Part shown: positions 25,859-38,781 of the stretch, in pieces | Layout of the letters: each line of letters starts with the position of its first letter | Numbering within the stretch: position 1 is the stretch's first letter | Assembly: GCA_043228905.1 (NCBI GenBank) | Contig: JBHGNT010000002.1 | Location: 9,858,001-9,922,000 of the forward strand | Direction: 5' to 3' | Source of the DNA: Azolla caroliniana | Lineage: Eukaryota > Plantae > Polypodiophyta | Length of the DNA stretch: 64,000 nt | Notes under the pieces: generated by a model | What the model was told of the DNA's origin: nothing | Seen by the model: only the letters and a program-made list of their open reading frames with translations | The model's database searches: none | Translations under genes and position numbers: made by a program

Positions 25859-26495
25859 TGTCGTGTTGTTTCACTTTCTGTGGGAAATAAGGCGGGACCA
25901 CGGAGGCCCTGAACCGAGAAGCAAGAGAAAGAAGAGGAAGGAAGAAGCACGCTCGCGGAAAAGGGGAGACACATAGAAACACAGATAGACAAAAAATAGG
26001 AGATTCAATTTCAATGCTAGTAATGATTATAGTGTTTGCAAGATTACAACCGGCTAGCCGGCAACAGACCCAACCCAGACAATCACACACCCACGCACAC
26101 ACGTAGTAGAGCCTTTGCCGAAGCACACAGGCTTTCCTCGAAGCAGAGGCAACCGACTCAGAGAACCTACAGAGAATAACAATAGATAGAGGAGGAGAGA
26201 GCTCGGTTCCCAATCCGACAGCACCTCGTCCTTACCCAAAACACAATACCCTTCTCAGTCTTCTTCCCTTCCTTTTTATAGGCCGCCAGGGAGGGACCAC
26301 TACACCCTGGTCGCATCACTTTTATTCTATGTCCCTTCGGACAAATATCCGCTTCGATTCACTAGCCTATTAATATATTCATCAGCCTACCTATTCCTAA
26401 TTATGTACTCCCTATCAATTCTTGTGCCTACGTGTAAGGGCCAGTTCACACGCCTTTTTCACCAATTCCGTGTAAGGCCGGTTTTCTTCACGACA
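25859..26495 (-). repeat. 5' LTR of Gypsy-2
   Basis: Direct repeat of 17697-18342; PBS adjacent. Confidence 0.92.
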
Positions 26496-29468
26496 ACGTT
26501 TGATTGAATCATTCTCGAATGCGAATGCACGTATGATACGTATGGTTAATTCTATGCCTGGAATCATGTTTCGGGAAATACTCTCCTTCAACCAAAGACT
26601 ATCGAACGCACGGTGGTCCAGATGTATTCTTCCACAATGTCGCAAAATTTCTATTGGAAGTGGCTTGTGTCAACCCACAACCACATTGCATGTTGAAATA
26701 AAGGGTTCGGTTCATAATAGCTACATATGAGGGGGAGAAATTCGACTAGGCATATATCACTTGTGTCATGCTCAAAGATCAACTGCACAGGGTGCAGAAT
26801 GGGAAAGCCATGAATCCGATTTTTGCATGGTGGTTGGCAGTATTATGTCCTACACCTGTAGCTGATACAGGACGTAAGACCTCAAAGAAGGAAAAGGGGT
26901 AGTCATCACAAGCAAGGTCAAAGGAATCGGTACGCCGAACAGTACCATGTGACAAATGGCAAGAACCAAAGTCGACAACCGCACCTGAACCCAACAACCA
27001 ACAACCAACAAGACATGGAGCCAACACAAGAACCCAAACCCAACATCGACCAATGACCGGAGCCAAACAAACAACAGTAACCAGTTGAGCTGACAACCGA
27101 CACTCGACAGTCGGCTCGAGCACCATAAGCAAGGCGGTCACAAGCCGAATCACGACCAGCTCGGATGAAACAAAAGAGAGTGGTGGGCATCACAGTGCAT
27201 TTCCATTGACCAGCTGAATCAACAAGAACGGCGGCCGAAGAAGAGAAGTAGAGTCGAACAACAATAACAACATCATCAACAACAGCCAACAGCCAGACAA
27301 CAATTGACTAGGAAATCAACTGAACCTGCACAGAGAGGAATAATAGAGAAAGGGAAGGCGTCGACGATCTCTCCGAACGAGGTTCTTGGACTACTGGACA
27401 TTCCACCAGCGACCCATGAATTCGCGGCCCTACTCCAGTTTGGCACTTCCTATGAGCTGGTGGATTGGCTGGCAAAATGCTTACAATTTGCTTCTGACTT
27501 ATTAGTGCAAGAACGCAAGGATCAGGAAATGATCGAGAAGGCCATGCTCGGAGACCTCAAGCCAGAAGAGGACAAGAGTTGCAACGAATAGGCCGACAAC
27601 ATGACACCAAGAATAAAGGTACAACAATTCAAATACCTCCTCTTAACACTGCTCTTGTGGAAGTGCATAGGGCTTCCAAATTTCTCTTCCTGCATAGAAG
27701 TTGGTGTAACCTTGATACTATCCAATTCTTTGTTGTGACCATCACCCCCATCTAATATATATTGTTTAACTGGGCGAGCACTTTAACATTCCCAACACCC
27801 ACATCTAATATATATCTCTTAAAGTCATATACCTCCTTCAAGTGTAACACTTTTGGGCGTGGTGTATATGCATCACAAATGACATCAAACCAATAGAGGA
27901 GCAAAGGACATGGCCGAAGAATGTAAAAGGGTGATGAAGGCACCCACATACAGAGTGGTCGGCAACGGAAAACACTAATAAGGAGTTGTCGGCCCAACTT
28001 CAACAGGTAGAAATATAGTTAAAAGAAGTCGAAGAGCATACGCAAACCTATGATTTTGCTGGAATTCCCCATGTACCAGACAAATAGTTATGGGATCAAC
28101 TACAGGGGAAGGAGAAAGAAGTCAAACACACCAATCAACGAGCAGAAGAAGCCAAAGCAAAGGTCAAGAAGATGGTTCAAGATCGAATGCAGTTAGCAAA
28201 GACCAAACTAGGGGCCCTTATGGATACCAAAAACAAAAGAATACATGCCCTTAAACAACAATTACAACAACAGATGGTAGAGAAGAAGGAAGAAACAGAA
28301 AAGGTCGACGAGCTAGAGGTGTATATTCAAATGCAGGAGGAGCATTATTCAGACCAAATTGCTTAGTTGGAAATTATGCATGCGAAGTATGAGCAACATA
28401 AATAGAGAGAAGAAATAGCAAAGAAGTACACTAAGGTTGAGGCAAAATATGAACAGAAGAGACTGGTGTTGTTGGTACCTAAAGCAAAGTTGCAGTTCAA
28501 TCAAGGTTCAGCAGAAGTCTGACTTGCCAAAATGAAGAAGGAATTGGCCATAATGCAGTATAGGGTAAGCATTGGACGAAGCAACGATCACCATAGTCCA
28601 AGAAGAGCTCCCCAAAGACCTATATGGGACGAGATCGTCAAGCTCATGGAAGACTACGATAACCATCACATGGCCAATGCCACCCAACACAATGCTTATG
28701 AGAGAGAACGTCGGCAATAAACATGCGAATTGGGAGCAACTGGCAATGAGAACCCATCTCCCGACGAATTATGCCAGATAGAACTAGTCAACGACACTGT
28801 GAGCGACACCGAACTAGAGGAGGAGGAAGCAAAATCGATGCGGAGACCAGACGAAGAGTGTCACATGGGCACACAACCAAATCCATCCGAAGCAGATGCT
28901 CACGTTGAAGAGGAGCCGATTTTGTTCGACATACTAAATGAGGACGCGAGAGAATGTGATGACGACGACCCGATTGACGATGCACAAGACGATGACCAGG
29001 AGTAAAGGGCGGGGTTTGACCATGCAAGGCATTGTCCCCTAGACGTGCCATGGGTTAGATGATCGGCTACCCGAGGGACAAAGGTCGACAAGTCGGAGCT
29101 GAGGTCGAATAGTATGAAAGGAAAAATATTAAAATGTAATGTTAGTTGAGTATAAAATATGGTAATTTAGGAAATACAATGTCGAGTATTAAAATGGTTT
29201 TGTTGGAGCAAGGCAAGTGTAATCTTGGAGAGAGACTCTCGGGTCACCTATAAAAACAAACCGAGAGCATTGTAATTGCATCGGTCTATTTTGGTTAATA
29301 TAAGTTTCGGTAATTAGAGTATCTACTGTGTTGACTACTTTGTGTTTCTATCTATCGTTGTGTCGGAATTCAGTCTTTGTTGCACAAGCTATATTATATC
29401 GCATAGTTGATCATGACCGTATGTTAATTGTAATAACTAATCTCTATATATCGATTTTTTAGTGTACA
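26496..29468 (+). mobile_element. Probable 3' part of an LTR element with a decayed extra coiled-coil ORF and an LTR-like tail (~29015-29468)
   Basis: ORFs 28172-28366, 28532-28720 and 28730-29005 share one frame (coiled-coil then acidic tail), followed by the purine tract aaagggcgggg and a TATA-containing LTR-like segment; no second LTR seen. Confidence 0.4.
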
Positions 29469-29519
29469 ACTAGTGTTGACCAATTCATCTCTCCACCACA
29501 GTCTTCTTGACCGAATGTT

Positions 29520-32284
29520 CAGAGTAGAATGTTCGACCTTTTGTGTTTGTCGACCACAGCAGTCGGTTGTCGGCAGATCAACACTGGTTTAGCTTCTATC
29601 ATTTTAAATCATTCCAAGATTTTTGGAACATACTTCTCTTGTGACAACCGTAGCACATTCTTAGCTCTATCTCGAACTATGTGCATCCCCAAGATTTGTT
29701 TGGCCGGTCCAAGATCTTTCATGGCAAACGATTTGCCTAGTGCTTTCTTCAAGCTCACAATCTTCTTGGTATCTTGTTTGACCACTAACATGTCATCCGC
29801 ATATAGCAAGAGAATCAAGAAGTCGCCTTCATTATACCTTTTGACAAACACACAATGATCAACTTGTGTTTTATGGAATCCATGTTCCAACATGAAGGAT
29901 TCGAACTTCTTGTACCATTGGCGTGGAGCTTGTTTCAGACCATTGAAGCTTTTCCTTAGTCGACACACTAGATTCTCTTTTCCTTTCTCCATAAAACCTT
30001 CAGGAAATTGCATATAGATTTCTTCATCTAGTTCCCCATGCAAGAATGTTGTCTTGACATCCAATAACTCTATTTCTAGATTCATACGGGTAGCAATACT
30101 TAGCATTGTTTGGATGGATGTCATCTTTACGACCGGTGAAAAAATGTCATCAAAATTGACCCCCTTCTTCAGCTAAAACCCCTTTACAACGATTTGGGTC
30201 TTGTATCTGAGTGAGTTGCCATCTTCCCCATTTTTCAGCTTAAAGACCCATTTGTTTTTTAGCTCTCTCTTACCTTTCGGTAGCTCCACCCAGTCATAAG
30301 TGTAATTTTCATGCAAGGAGTCCATTTCATCGTGCATTGCACTCTACCATTTCTCCTTGTGCTCATCTACTATGGCTTCTTCATAACATTCTAGCTCACC
30401 TTCATCAGTCAATAAAACATATTGGCTGGCATATCGAATTGGTGCTCTCGTTTATCTGAATGGGTATCTCCTTCCTCCAATAGTTGGCTCAAGTTCAAAA
30501 GTTCCTGTCGACTCTTCATTCGGCTCAGGTTCACATGTGTCGATCGGTTGCTAAAGATCGACCGAGTTCGACTTGTATGCCTCAATAGATCTTTTTAGGT
30601 TAGTTGACTCCAACTCATATGTATTAGTCAGTCGATCCGAGTCGGTTAATTCCAATTCAGCTCTGTCAATTGGATGTCTCCTAACAATCGGCTGTGTCAA
30701 GTCAACTAGGCCTGAATCCATAGTGGTGGGAGTCGACTAGGAAGACGACTTTGACTTTTATTGTTTCCATAAATACTGTTGCGAAATGGACTGTAGATGG
30801 ATGAGAAAGATATGCTAAAATATGCATATTGCGGAAATAGAAGACATCAAAATAGATAGGAATACACAATACACAATATTTTACGTGGAAACCCTAAAAC
30901 AAGGGAAAAACCACGGGGCAAGATATCTTCCACTATAGACAGAGGTACAGGTAGAAAAAATAGATTAAGAACTCCGCAAAACAGAGAATACCTAGTTGGG
31001 TTTTTTGCTAGTTTCACTATACAATGCCTCTCTCATGCACACACTCGCGTGTCTTCCTACTCTCTGTTATATACCCTTCTACACACTACGACTAAAGCTC
31101 TATCACATCATTACACATAAGTTTGGCCTAGCTTTTTCTATTGATAGAAGAGGTATATAATTATTATTATCAGATAATAATAATCATTAATTGGCTCAAC
31201 TTGTCGGCCTTGTCTTCGACTTAGAGCATCCATCCAATGTAGTCGACTCTCTACCTCCTTCAAACTAGTCGACCACCCTATCAACTCGGTGGTCAATCCA
31301 ATCAACCATCCTGTATTTGGCTTGTCGATTCGACTGTCGACTTCTTCCTTGGCTTTGTTTGTTGACTTCTCCCATAGGAGGGACAAATTCCTAACAAATA
31401 TTATGTCTCAACTCCTCACCACTTTATTTTTGAGTATATCCCACATCATGTAGCCGAATTCATCTTCTGAGTACCCCAAAAATATGCATGGCTTCGACTT
31501 GTTGTCAAGTTTCGACCTCTAGTACTTTGCAACATGCATATATGCCAGACATCCGAACACCTTTAAGGGTTGATAAGATACATCCTTAACTATCCATACC
31601 CATTGTGGGACATCACCTTTGAGGGGCACTGAGAGAGACCTGTTAATTAGATAAACCGTCGTCAACACTGCCTCAACTCTTGAATACGATTTCAGCAATT
31701 TTGCATGCGATAACATGCTCCTCACTCTTTCCATGATTGTTCGATTCATCCTCTCTGCAAGCCAATTTAGCTCAAGGGTCTTAGGCACTATATATTTGAG
31801 CTTTAGGCCTTGCATCTTGTAGTACTCCTTGAATTGTCCTTTCTACTCGCCACCATTGTCAGTTTGGACAATTCAGCTTTCTACTGGACTCTCTTTCAGC
31901 TCTAGCCTGAAATTCCTTGAAGACCAACAACACTTGGTCTTTCAACTTTAGCATGAAAGCCCACAACTTTTTGACTGTAGTCATCAATGAATGTCACAAA
32001 ATATTGTCCACCACGATGTGATGGAGCATCCACATAGCACACATCTGTGTGGACGAGTTCTAGTGCACATTAGAATTAGAATTAGAATTTTTATCGTCCA
32101 TAAAGAGGCCAATTTTGACGTATGGGACCTTGAGTGGCCTTGAGTGGAATGCAGTTCTGTTTTGCTTTCCGACTAGGCAGTTGACACACTTCTCCAAGTG
32201 TGTCCCTTTTACTTCCGAAAGAAGTTTCTTGTCGGCCAGAATATGCATGCCTCTCTCGATCATGTGACCAAGCCTCTCATGCCA
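29520..32284 (-). mobile_element. Internal fragment of a second Tnt1/Tork-like Copia (Copia-A2): GAG-pre-integrase, integrase, RT
   Basis: Homologous to ~4900-6945; ORFs 29609-30124 (RT) and 31519-31815 (integrase). Confidence 0.9.
30777..31396 (-). repeat. Solo LTR
   Basis: TGTTG...TAACA; flanks AATAC/AATAT; contains the shared acgtggaaaccctaa...aaaaccacggg motif. Confidence 0.8.
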
Positions 32285-34250
32285 TATTAGGAAACATGTC
32301 CCTCAGGATGGGAAGAGTAGGAGCCGGATCAGGCTGAAAAATTGACTAATCGACAAATCGACAATCAATCGATAATCGACTTGGTTAATAGCCGAATCGA
32401 TCGTATCCGATCGGGTTATATTTGTACGTAGCCTAGATGTGCCCATTAAGGCTATATTTATAAATATTCATTCATGTATATGAGTATAAATATAGTTAAG
32501 GCAAGTGGGATGGTTATGATTTTATTGTTGAAAATTGGGTTATAGTCTGTAGTAACTAGAGTGGGAGAGAGTGAGTAACTCTATAGCCATTTGTGATGAA
32601 GAAAGGCTCAAGATTGTTGCCTTTGAAGTTTCTTGTTTTATTCCTCCAATCATAGTGATTCATTCTAGGAGTTTGTGGACTCCCCATGGTTTTTCCCTTT
32701 CTGGGTTTTCCATGTAAAATATCTTGTCTCTCTGTTTCTGTTTTTTTTTTCTTTAGTCTATTTTGATCTTTGCACCCCCTCATATACGTATGTGTGATAA
32801 CTAGCTGTAGCCGAGTCGATTCTCATATTCAACAAACTGGTATCAAAGCAATGGACGAACATCTAGGAGGAATGTTCAAGTTAACCAACTCCAACTACTC
32901 TGTGTGGAAGTCGAAGATGAGAGATATGTTGATGTGCAAAGACTTATGGTTGCCAATGCAATACGGAAATAATAAGCCTGACAAGATTGATGCAGCTACT
33001 TGGGAAGTCATACATTTGAAGGCAGCGGCATACATCAAATGTTTTATATACATGACTCTATATAACAACTTCAACAAACAGACCAAGGCGGACGTCCTCT
33101 GGGAGAAGATCGACATTATGTTCGAGATCAAAAATGTTGTCAACGAAGTCTTTGTATTTTGGAAGATTGTGAGACTCCAGTATCAGGATGGCTCCAGCAT
33201 GGTGGAACACCTGAATGCCTTCCAATGACTGATAAACCAAACCACCTCTTGAGAAGCACCTTTGGCCAATGAGGTATTAGCATTGTTGTTGGGATCCCTT
33301 TCGGATAGCTGGGAAACGCTCGTTGTCACATTGGGCAACGTTGGACCGAAAGGGAAGCATTTATCCCTAGAGAAGATGAAGTTGAGCTTGTTAAATGAAG
33401 AAGCTCGTCGAAAGGATAGAGAGTCCACGACCAACGTGAAGGCCTTATTCATAGAAGGTGACATGAACAGGGGAAGGGGTCAGAATAGAAGTCCCTAGAA
33501 CTAGGAGAAGTCGGGGGCGAGGCTAAAGTCGAGGGGGAGGTACACCTACTTCTATTGTGGAAAGCCAGGGCACTTCCAAAAGAATTTCTGACACTTCAAG
33601 AAAGATAAAGGGGGAGCTAATGATGCCAAACCGAAGAAGATTCCGGAAAGAAGATGTACTTCGGCAATTGCGAGAAGTGAGGAGTTGTTGCTCATCAATG
33701 AGCAAAGTGAGTTAAACCTTGTTCACGATGAATCGACAGATGATGCTTCTCATTGTATACAACTGGTGATCACGGTTTTGTGAAGATGGGAAATGAAGGA
33801 GAATGCCGAATGGTTGGCATAGGACATGTGTGATTGACGACTTCAACCGGGTGCAGACTGGTATTGAAAGATGAGTGACACGTTCTAGATGTCAGATTGA
33901 ATCTAATATGAGCCGGTCGGCTAGATTATGAAGGCTACACGGGTAGCATCCGTAACAACACACTTAAGTTCTACAAGCGAAGCCTAATTGTGACCTGAGC
34001 CTAGAAGACAAACACATTATATGTGATGCATGCTTGATTATGCCGGGAGGAAGCAAATGTGGTAGCCGGCACAACCGGTGAGCTATGACACAAGATTCTA
34101 TATCACATGCGTGAGAAGGGGATGCAAAAGCTTGCCGATGATGACCTCATTCTGGAGATGAAAAATGTGCACCTTGATAAGTGTGTAGATTGTTTGGCTG
34201 GCAAGCAGAACATAACCTCTTTCCAAACAAGACCCCCGATGAGGAAGAAG
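32285..34250 (+). mobile_element. Copia 5' fragment: LTR 32285-32834, PBS, gag, protease region, GAG-pre-integrase
   Basis: PBS tggtatcaaagc at 32838; gag MDEHLGGMFKLTNSNYSVWK from 32851; CVDCLAGKQ near 34185. Confidence 0.88.
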
Positions 34251-34892
34251 TGTTGAGCGAGCAAGCTCAACTTGGGCCGGATCGGTTGGAGACCGATCGG
34301 GTGAATAAGCTGCAAGTTGAATTGAATGGAATCTGATAGGTCGTTAGGGGACTATATTCCTATTTTATTAGATAGGAATATTATAGGAAAAGTTAGTGTC
34401 AGGCTCATTCATGAGCATTAAAGTACTAATAGTACTTGTGTCAGCCCACTCGTCAGGGCTTGTATAAAAAGTGCTCTGTGAACACATTTTATACACACTG
34501 AGAACATTTTGCTAATAGAAGATAGTTGTTGTCTGCTCTCTTAGTCTCTCTCTCACACACACAATTACTTTGTGTTTACCTAACTGTCGTGTTTCCGAAT
34601 AACTGACTGTGTACTCTGTATTTATCGCATACACTTCTGCACACGTATTCTTTTACATGGTTAGAGTGCAAGGGTTAGAAGAATCCTCTGCTACCGAGAA
34701 AGCTAACAAGGCAGAGACAAGGTTTTTGGCTTCCGGAAAGGAAAAGACAAGAACATGGATAGAGGCATGGGCAGCTCGCTTCCGATAGAGAAGCTCGATA
34801 GGAGCAACTACGAAGCTTGGTCATTCAAGATACACTAGTACCTGCTCAGGCACGGTTATTGGAGTTATGTGGAAGGAGCAAATGATGCAGCA
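34251..34892 (+). mobile_element. Copia family-C 5' LTR (34251-34657) and gag start
   Basis: TGTTGAGCGAGCAAGCTCAAC...TACA; degenerate PBS tggttagag; gag MDRGMGSSLPIEKLDRSNY homologous to 46192. Confidence 0.8.
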
Positions 34893-35214
34893 GGGTAAAA
34901 GCATGGGAATGGAAACATTATTATAGCTAATTAGCTGCTAAAATGGCCATAGCTAATTAGCTATTTGTTTAGCTAATTCTTTGTTGGGAAATCATAAGCA
35001 TCATTTATGAAATTTTTCCGCTATATTATTACTCAAAAGTTTTCTTTATTACATGTCATTTATTATGGTGAATAGGTAATTTATGGGAATACTCAATATG
35101 TTGAACTTTGGTTTCTAACGTAGTGGAACCGGGGGAACAATGCCCTCATCTAAACTCGACTTGAATGTTAGGAAAGTCCTGCTAATCCTGAGTTTGACTT
35201 CAAAATCCAAACAG

Positions 35215-37700
35215 ATGGAGTACGTTGAGCACATACGCAGATGAAGCTCCCGTAGCTACACAAAAACCCTGATATTGACATTGCACATTTAGAACACCAA
35301 CATACACCCAATTCGATCCTCGTCTAGGTATGTATTAGTTACACATTTAATGCATTAAAAAATCTTATTTTTTTCCCTTTTTGATAACCGTAACTATCTT
35401 GCATGTTCATCTTTTATCAAAAACGATTAGGGCGAAGTCATTGGAGTCCTAAACAAGGATGTCTTGAAGATCGAGGTGTCGCAGCAGGTGTGTTTCTTAT
35501 TGTCAAAAATTCTGATTAAGGTTGATTTCATACATATTTCAGATTAGGGTTTCTGATTTCTTTAAGCGGTTGATTTATGATACGGTTGAAATATTCAAAT
35601 TTAGGGTTGAAATTTTGCATCAATTCACATTTCTGATTTCAATGGATGTTTGTCTACAAACTTCCCCCAAACTTGATTTAGGATTTTGACGCATGTGCCT
35701 AATTTTTATTTTCGATTCTTCCCTACCAATTATGATTCTAAATACACATGTCCTAGCAGAGCAGAGGTAACATGTATTGAGTTTTTATTTCAGGTGGCTC
35801 ATTCCTCCATATCCTAGAGTGTTGAACTTTGCAAAGTTTTGCGAGACAGAGGACTTCAACCATGTATATGGTCTATCACTGGAGGATATTAACCCTAATG
35901 GCATAACAGATAAATTGATTAGTGATATAGACTAGTTGTCAGTCTATAAAGTGCCTAGAGTGAAAGGCAAGGTGAAGCTAAAGCATGTATGATTGGAGTT
36001 TTATGATGATTGCATGAGGCTCCACCAAAAAGTACATCAAGAGATCCCGATCAACAACGAATTGTCCGTTGCATTTGCTAGAGCTTTTACCTACGAGTGT
36101 TGTAAAACAACGAAGGAAGCAACTAACCTTGAAATGTATAGGATAGCTTGGGCTCTTGCAGGTGAGGTGTTGGTAGAACGATGCCGGAAGATGGGGAACT
36201 TGCAACAAAAGATGGCGCGATTTTGGAGCATGGTTGTTGATGATGCAACTGTCGACTGCTAGCAAACCCGCAAGGAGACACCTCACAGAAACAAAATGAA
36301 AGAAAATGTCATATAGGTGAGATATTGACCCCACTGTGTTAAAAGATAAATTGATTAGTGATATAGACTGGTTGTTAATCTATAAAGCGCCTAGATTGAA
36401 AGGCAAGGTGAAGCTGAAGCATGTACGACTGGAGTTGTATGACGATTGCCTGAGGCTCCACCAAAAGGTACATCAAGAGATCCGGTCAACAACAAGTTGT
36501 TCGTTGCATTTTCCAAAGCTTTTGCATACGAGTATTGCAAAACAATGAAGGAAGCAACGTACCCTAAAATGTACAGGGTAGCTTGGGCTCTTGCAGGTGA
36601 GGCGTTGGTAGAATGATGTCGGAAGATGGGGAGCTTGCAACAAAAGATGGCTAGATTCTGGAGCATGGCAGTTGATGATGCAAGTATACACCACACAGAA
36701 ACACAATGAAATCCAATGTCGATGATACAAGTGAGACATTGATTAGCTATATGCTGAAAAATGTCCATGAAGTGTGTGAGGCATTGGATGCAACAAAAAT
36801 TGCTTTAGAGAAAGCAACATTGGTTGTTGCGATGGAAAACAGGGTCACTTTGGCAGTGAAAACAATTAGAAATAGGATTCAAGTAGCTATTGTTCTGATC
36901 TCATCTTGTATTCTATGTTATATACTAGAATCTCTGTTCTCGTGGTTTTTCCCGTTTAGGGTTTCCACGTAAAACCGTGTATTCTATGCATTTGCTATTT
37001 TTCCTGTCTTTCCGCGTTACTGTGCATTACATAGTCAGTCTTCCTCACGAATTAAAGAAGGGATCGGTTTTCCCAACATATGTAACATGTTATAAATAAC
37101 TTGTACATGAAAATGTGCTCAGTGAGGCATTATCTGGAATAGGTTGCTCAACATGAGCTCGAAACTAAGGGGCGGCTGGATCCGCACCGGAAAATACAGC
37201 TATAGATAGAGATTCAGGTTCTTTCAATGAACTTGGATCTTCTTGGTGTAAATACTGTCGCTAGTAACAATCTAGAGAACCTCCAAGTTAATGATTCTCG
37301 TTTCTTGTTGTTTTATCTTCCTCATTAAGGAATGATAAATCAGTAAATTTTTCGGTTGCGTTGTAAGAACAATGCACAAATCAAGAACATGTAGTTAGCT
37401 GCCTTAAGAAGCCACTATAATTTGTGGAGGGCATGGTCAGGTGTAGACAAGAATTGGACTTCAACATTGTTGCTCCCTTACCAAACATACGAGAACCAAG
37501 CAAGAATATATTGATTGTTCAAGCACATTGCATCTCTTGCGGCTTAGGCATAGAGGACAAAACGGCTACCCTATTAGTACACCTACGACCATGCCAACAC
37601 ACATATCGTATCGCTTGTTTTACATATGCTTTTCACACTACTACAGTATATTTGGGGGATTGCAATACAACTCTCCGTGATGAGTGGAGAAAACAGACAG
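35215..37700 (+). pseudogene. Decayed spliced accessory gene of the DNA transposon, with a C-terminal RING-like zinc finger
   Basis: GT/AG-bounded exons near 35215-35327, 35431-35487 and from 35794; ~436-bp internal duplication (starts 35908 and 36344); CISC...PCQHTYRIAC...DC in ORF 37424; splice donor at 37701. Confidence 0.45.
36880..37078 (+). repeat. LTR 3' fragment (Tnt1/Tork-like)
   Basis: Contains cgtggtttttcccgtttagggtttccacgtaaaa and ends ttcccaaca. Confidence 0.6.
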
Positions 37701-37722
37701 GTAAATTTGTTGCTTGTCTCTA

Positions 37723-38253
37723 TAGTGTAGTAGCTAATTAGTTACAACTTAGCTAATTAGCTAAGCAATATAAAGTGTGGTAGCTAATTAGCTATTGTGG
37801 TTCAATTGTGTAGTAGCTAATTAACTACAACGTAGGTAATTAGCTAAGTAGTATAAAGTGTAGTAGCTTATTAGCTAAACAATATAAAATGTGGTAGTTA
37901 ATTAGCTATTGTGGTTTTGTACTGAAGCACCTAATTAGTTACAACTTAGCTAATTAGCTACAATTTATAAAGTGTGGTAGTTAATTAGCTTTTCTGGTTC
38001 TGTAGTGTAGTAGCTAAGTAGCAAAGTAGTATAAAGTGTAGCAACTAATTAGTTAAGCAGTATAAAGTGTGTTAGTTAATTAACTATTGTGGTTCTGTAG
38101 TGTAGTAGCTAATTAGCTACCACGTAACTAATTAGGTAAGCAATATAAAGTGTAGCAGCTAATTAGCTAAGCAGTATAAAGTGTGGTGGCTAATTAGCTA
38201 CAACTTACTTAAATATAGTAGCTAACTAGCTAAGATGTAGCTAATTAGCTACT
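37723..38253. repeat. Minisatellite built on the palindrome TAGCTAATTAGCTA
   Basis: Many degenerate copies separated by agtataaagtgtggt or caactt spacers. Confidence 0.9.
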
Positions 38254-38781
38254 GCCAATCTATAATGTAGATTGCCAATGGTTAGTTGTTTATAAGCGGT
38301 TTGTAGAAATTGCCAATGGTGTATTATAAATATATAATTTGATGACAAATTAATCAATGAATAATTAAATCCCTTGTTTTGAGTAAAATTTCCACTATGT
38401 AATTCTAAAATAGGTCGTTGATTTCTGATTTCATGCTACTGGTTGTTCTCATAATGGCAAATGGTTCACTTGAGAGTAAAAAAACCATTGCCAAAATGTA
38501 TTCCAGAAAGTATAATCGTCATTATGCACATTGAATAGACACTAAAACTAAAAGTTGCAATAAGTAAAATTGTCAATCAATACACATTTAACAGACACTA
38601 AAAATGAAAGTTGCATTTAACAGACTGACCACGATTTTATTAAGAAACAAGAACAAAAAGAAGACTGTATATAAAAAAGAAGACTCGCAAATGATTTTAT
38701 TAAGAAACAAGAATAGAAAGAAGACATTCAAACGATTTTATTAAACTGTTTTTTTTTTGCAATACAATTACTTTGTCCACT

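Larger units (their letters stand above)
17697..26495 (-). mobile_element. Ty3/Gypsy element with both LTRs and fungal-type pol motifs (Gypsy-2); internally deleted and interrupted by a Copia
   Basis: LTRs 17697-18342 and 25859-26495 (TGTCG...CGACA); ACGT on both sides (4-bp TSD); PPT at 18343-18352; gag from 25812; RT motifs YSNRWFTMPKKN, TLPQGGTNS, PFLDD; RNase H VDTSPTGIGW; integrase C-terminus 18400-19000. Confidence 0.9.

Noticed and set aside
37723-38253. CRISPR-like repeat-spacer appearance
   Set aside because: Spacers are short and themselves repeated, there are no cas genes, and the context is eukaryotic; this is a minisatellite.
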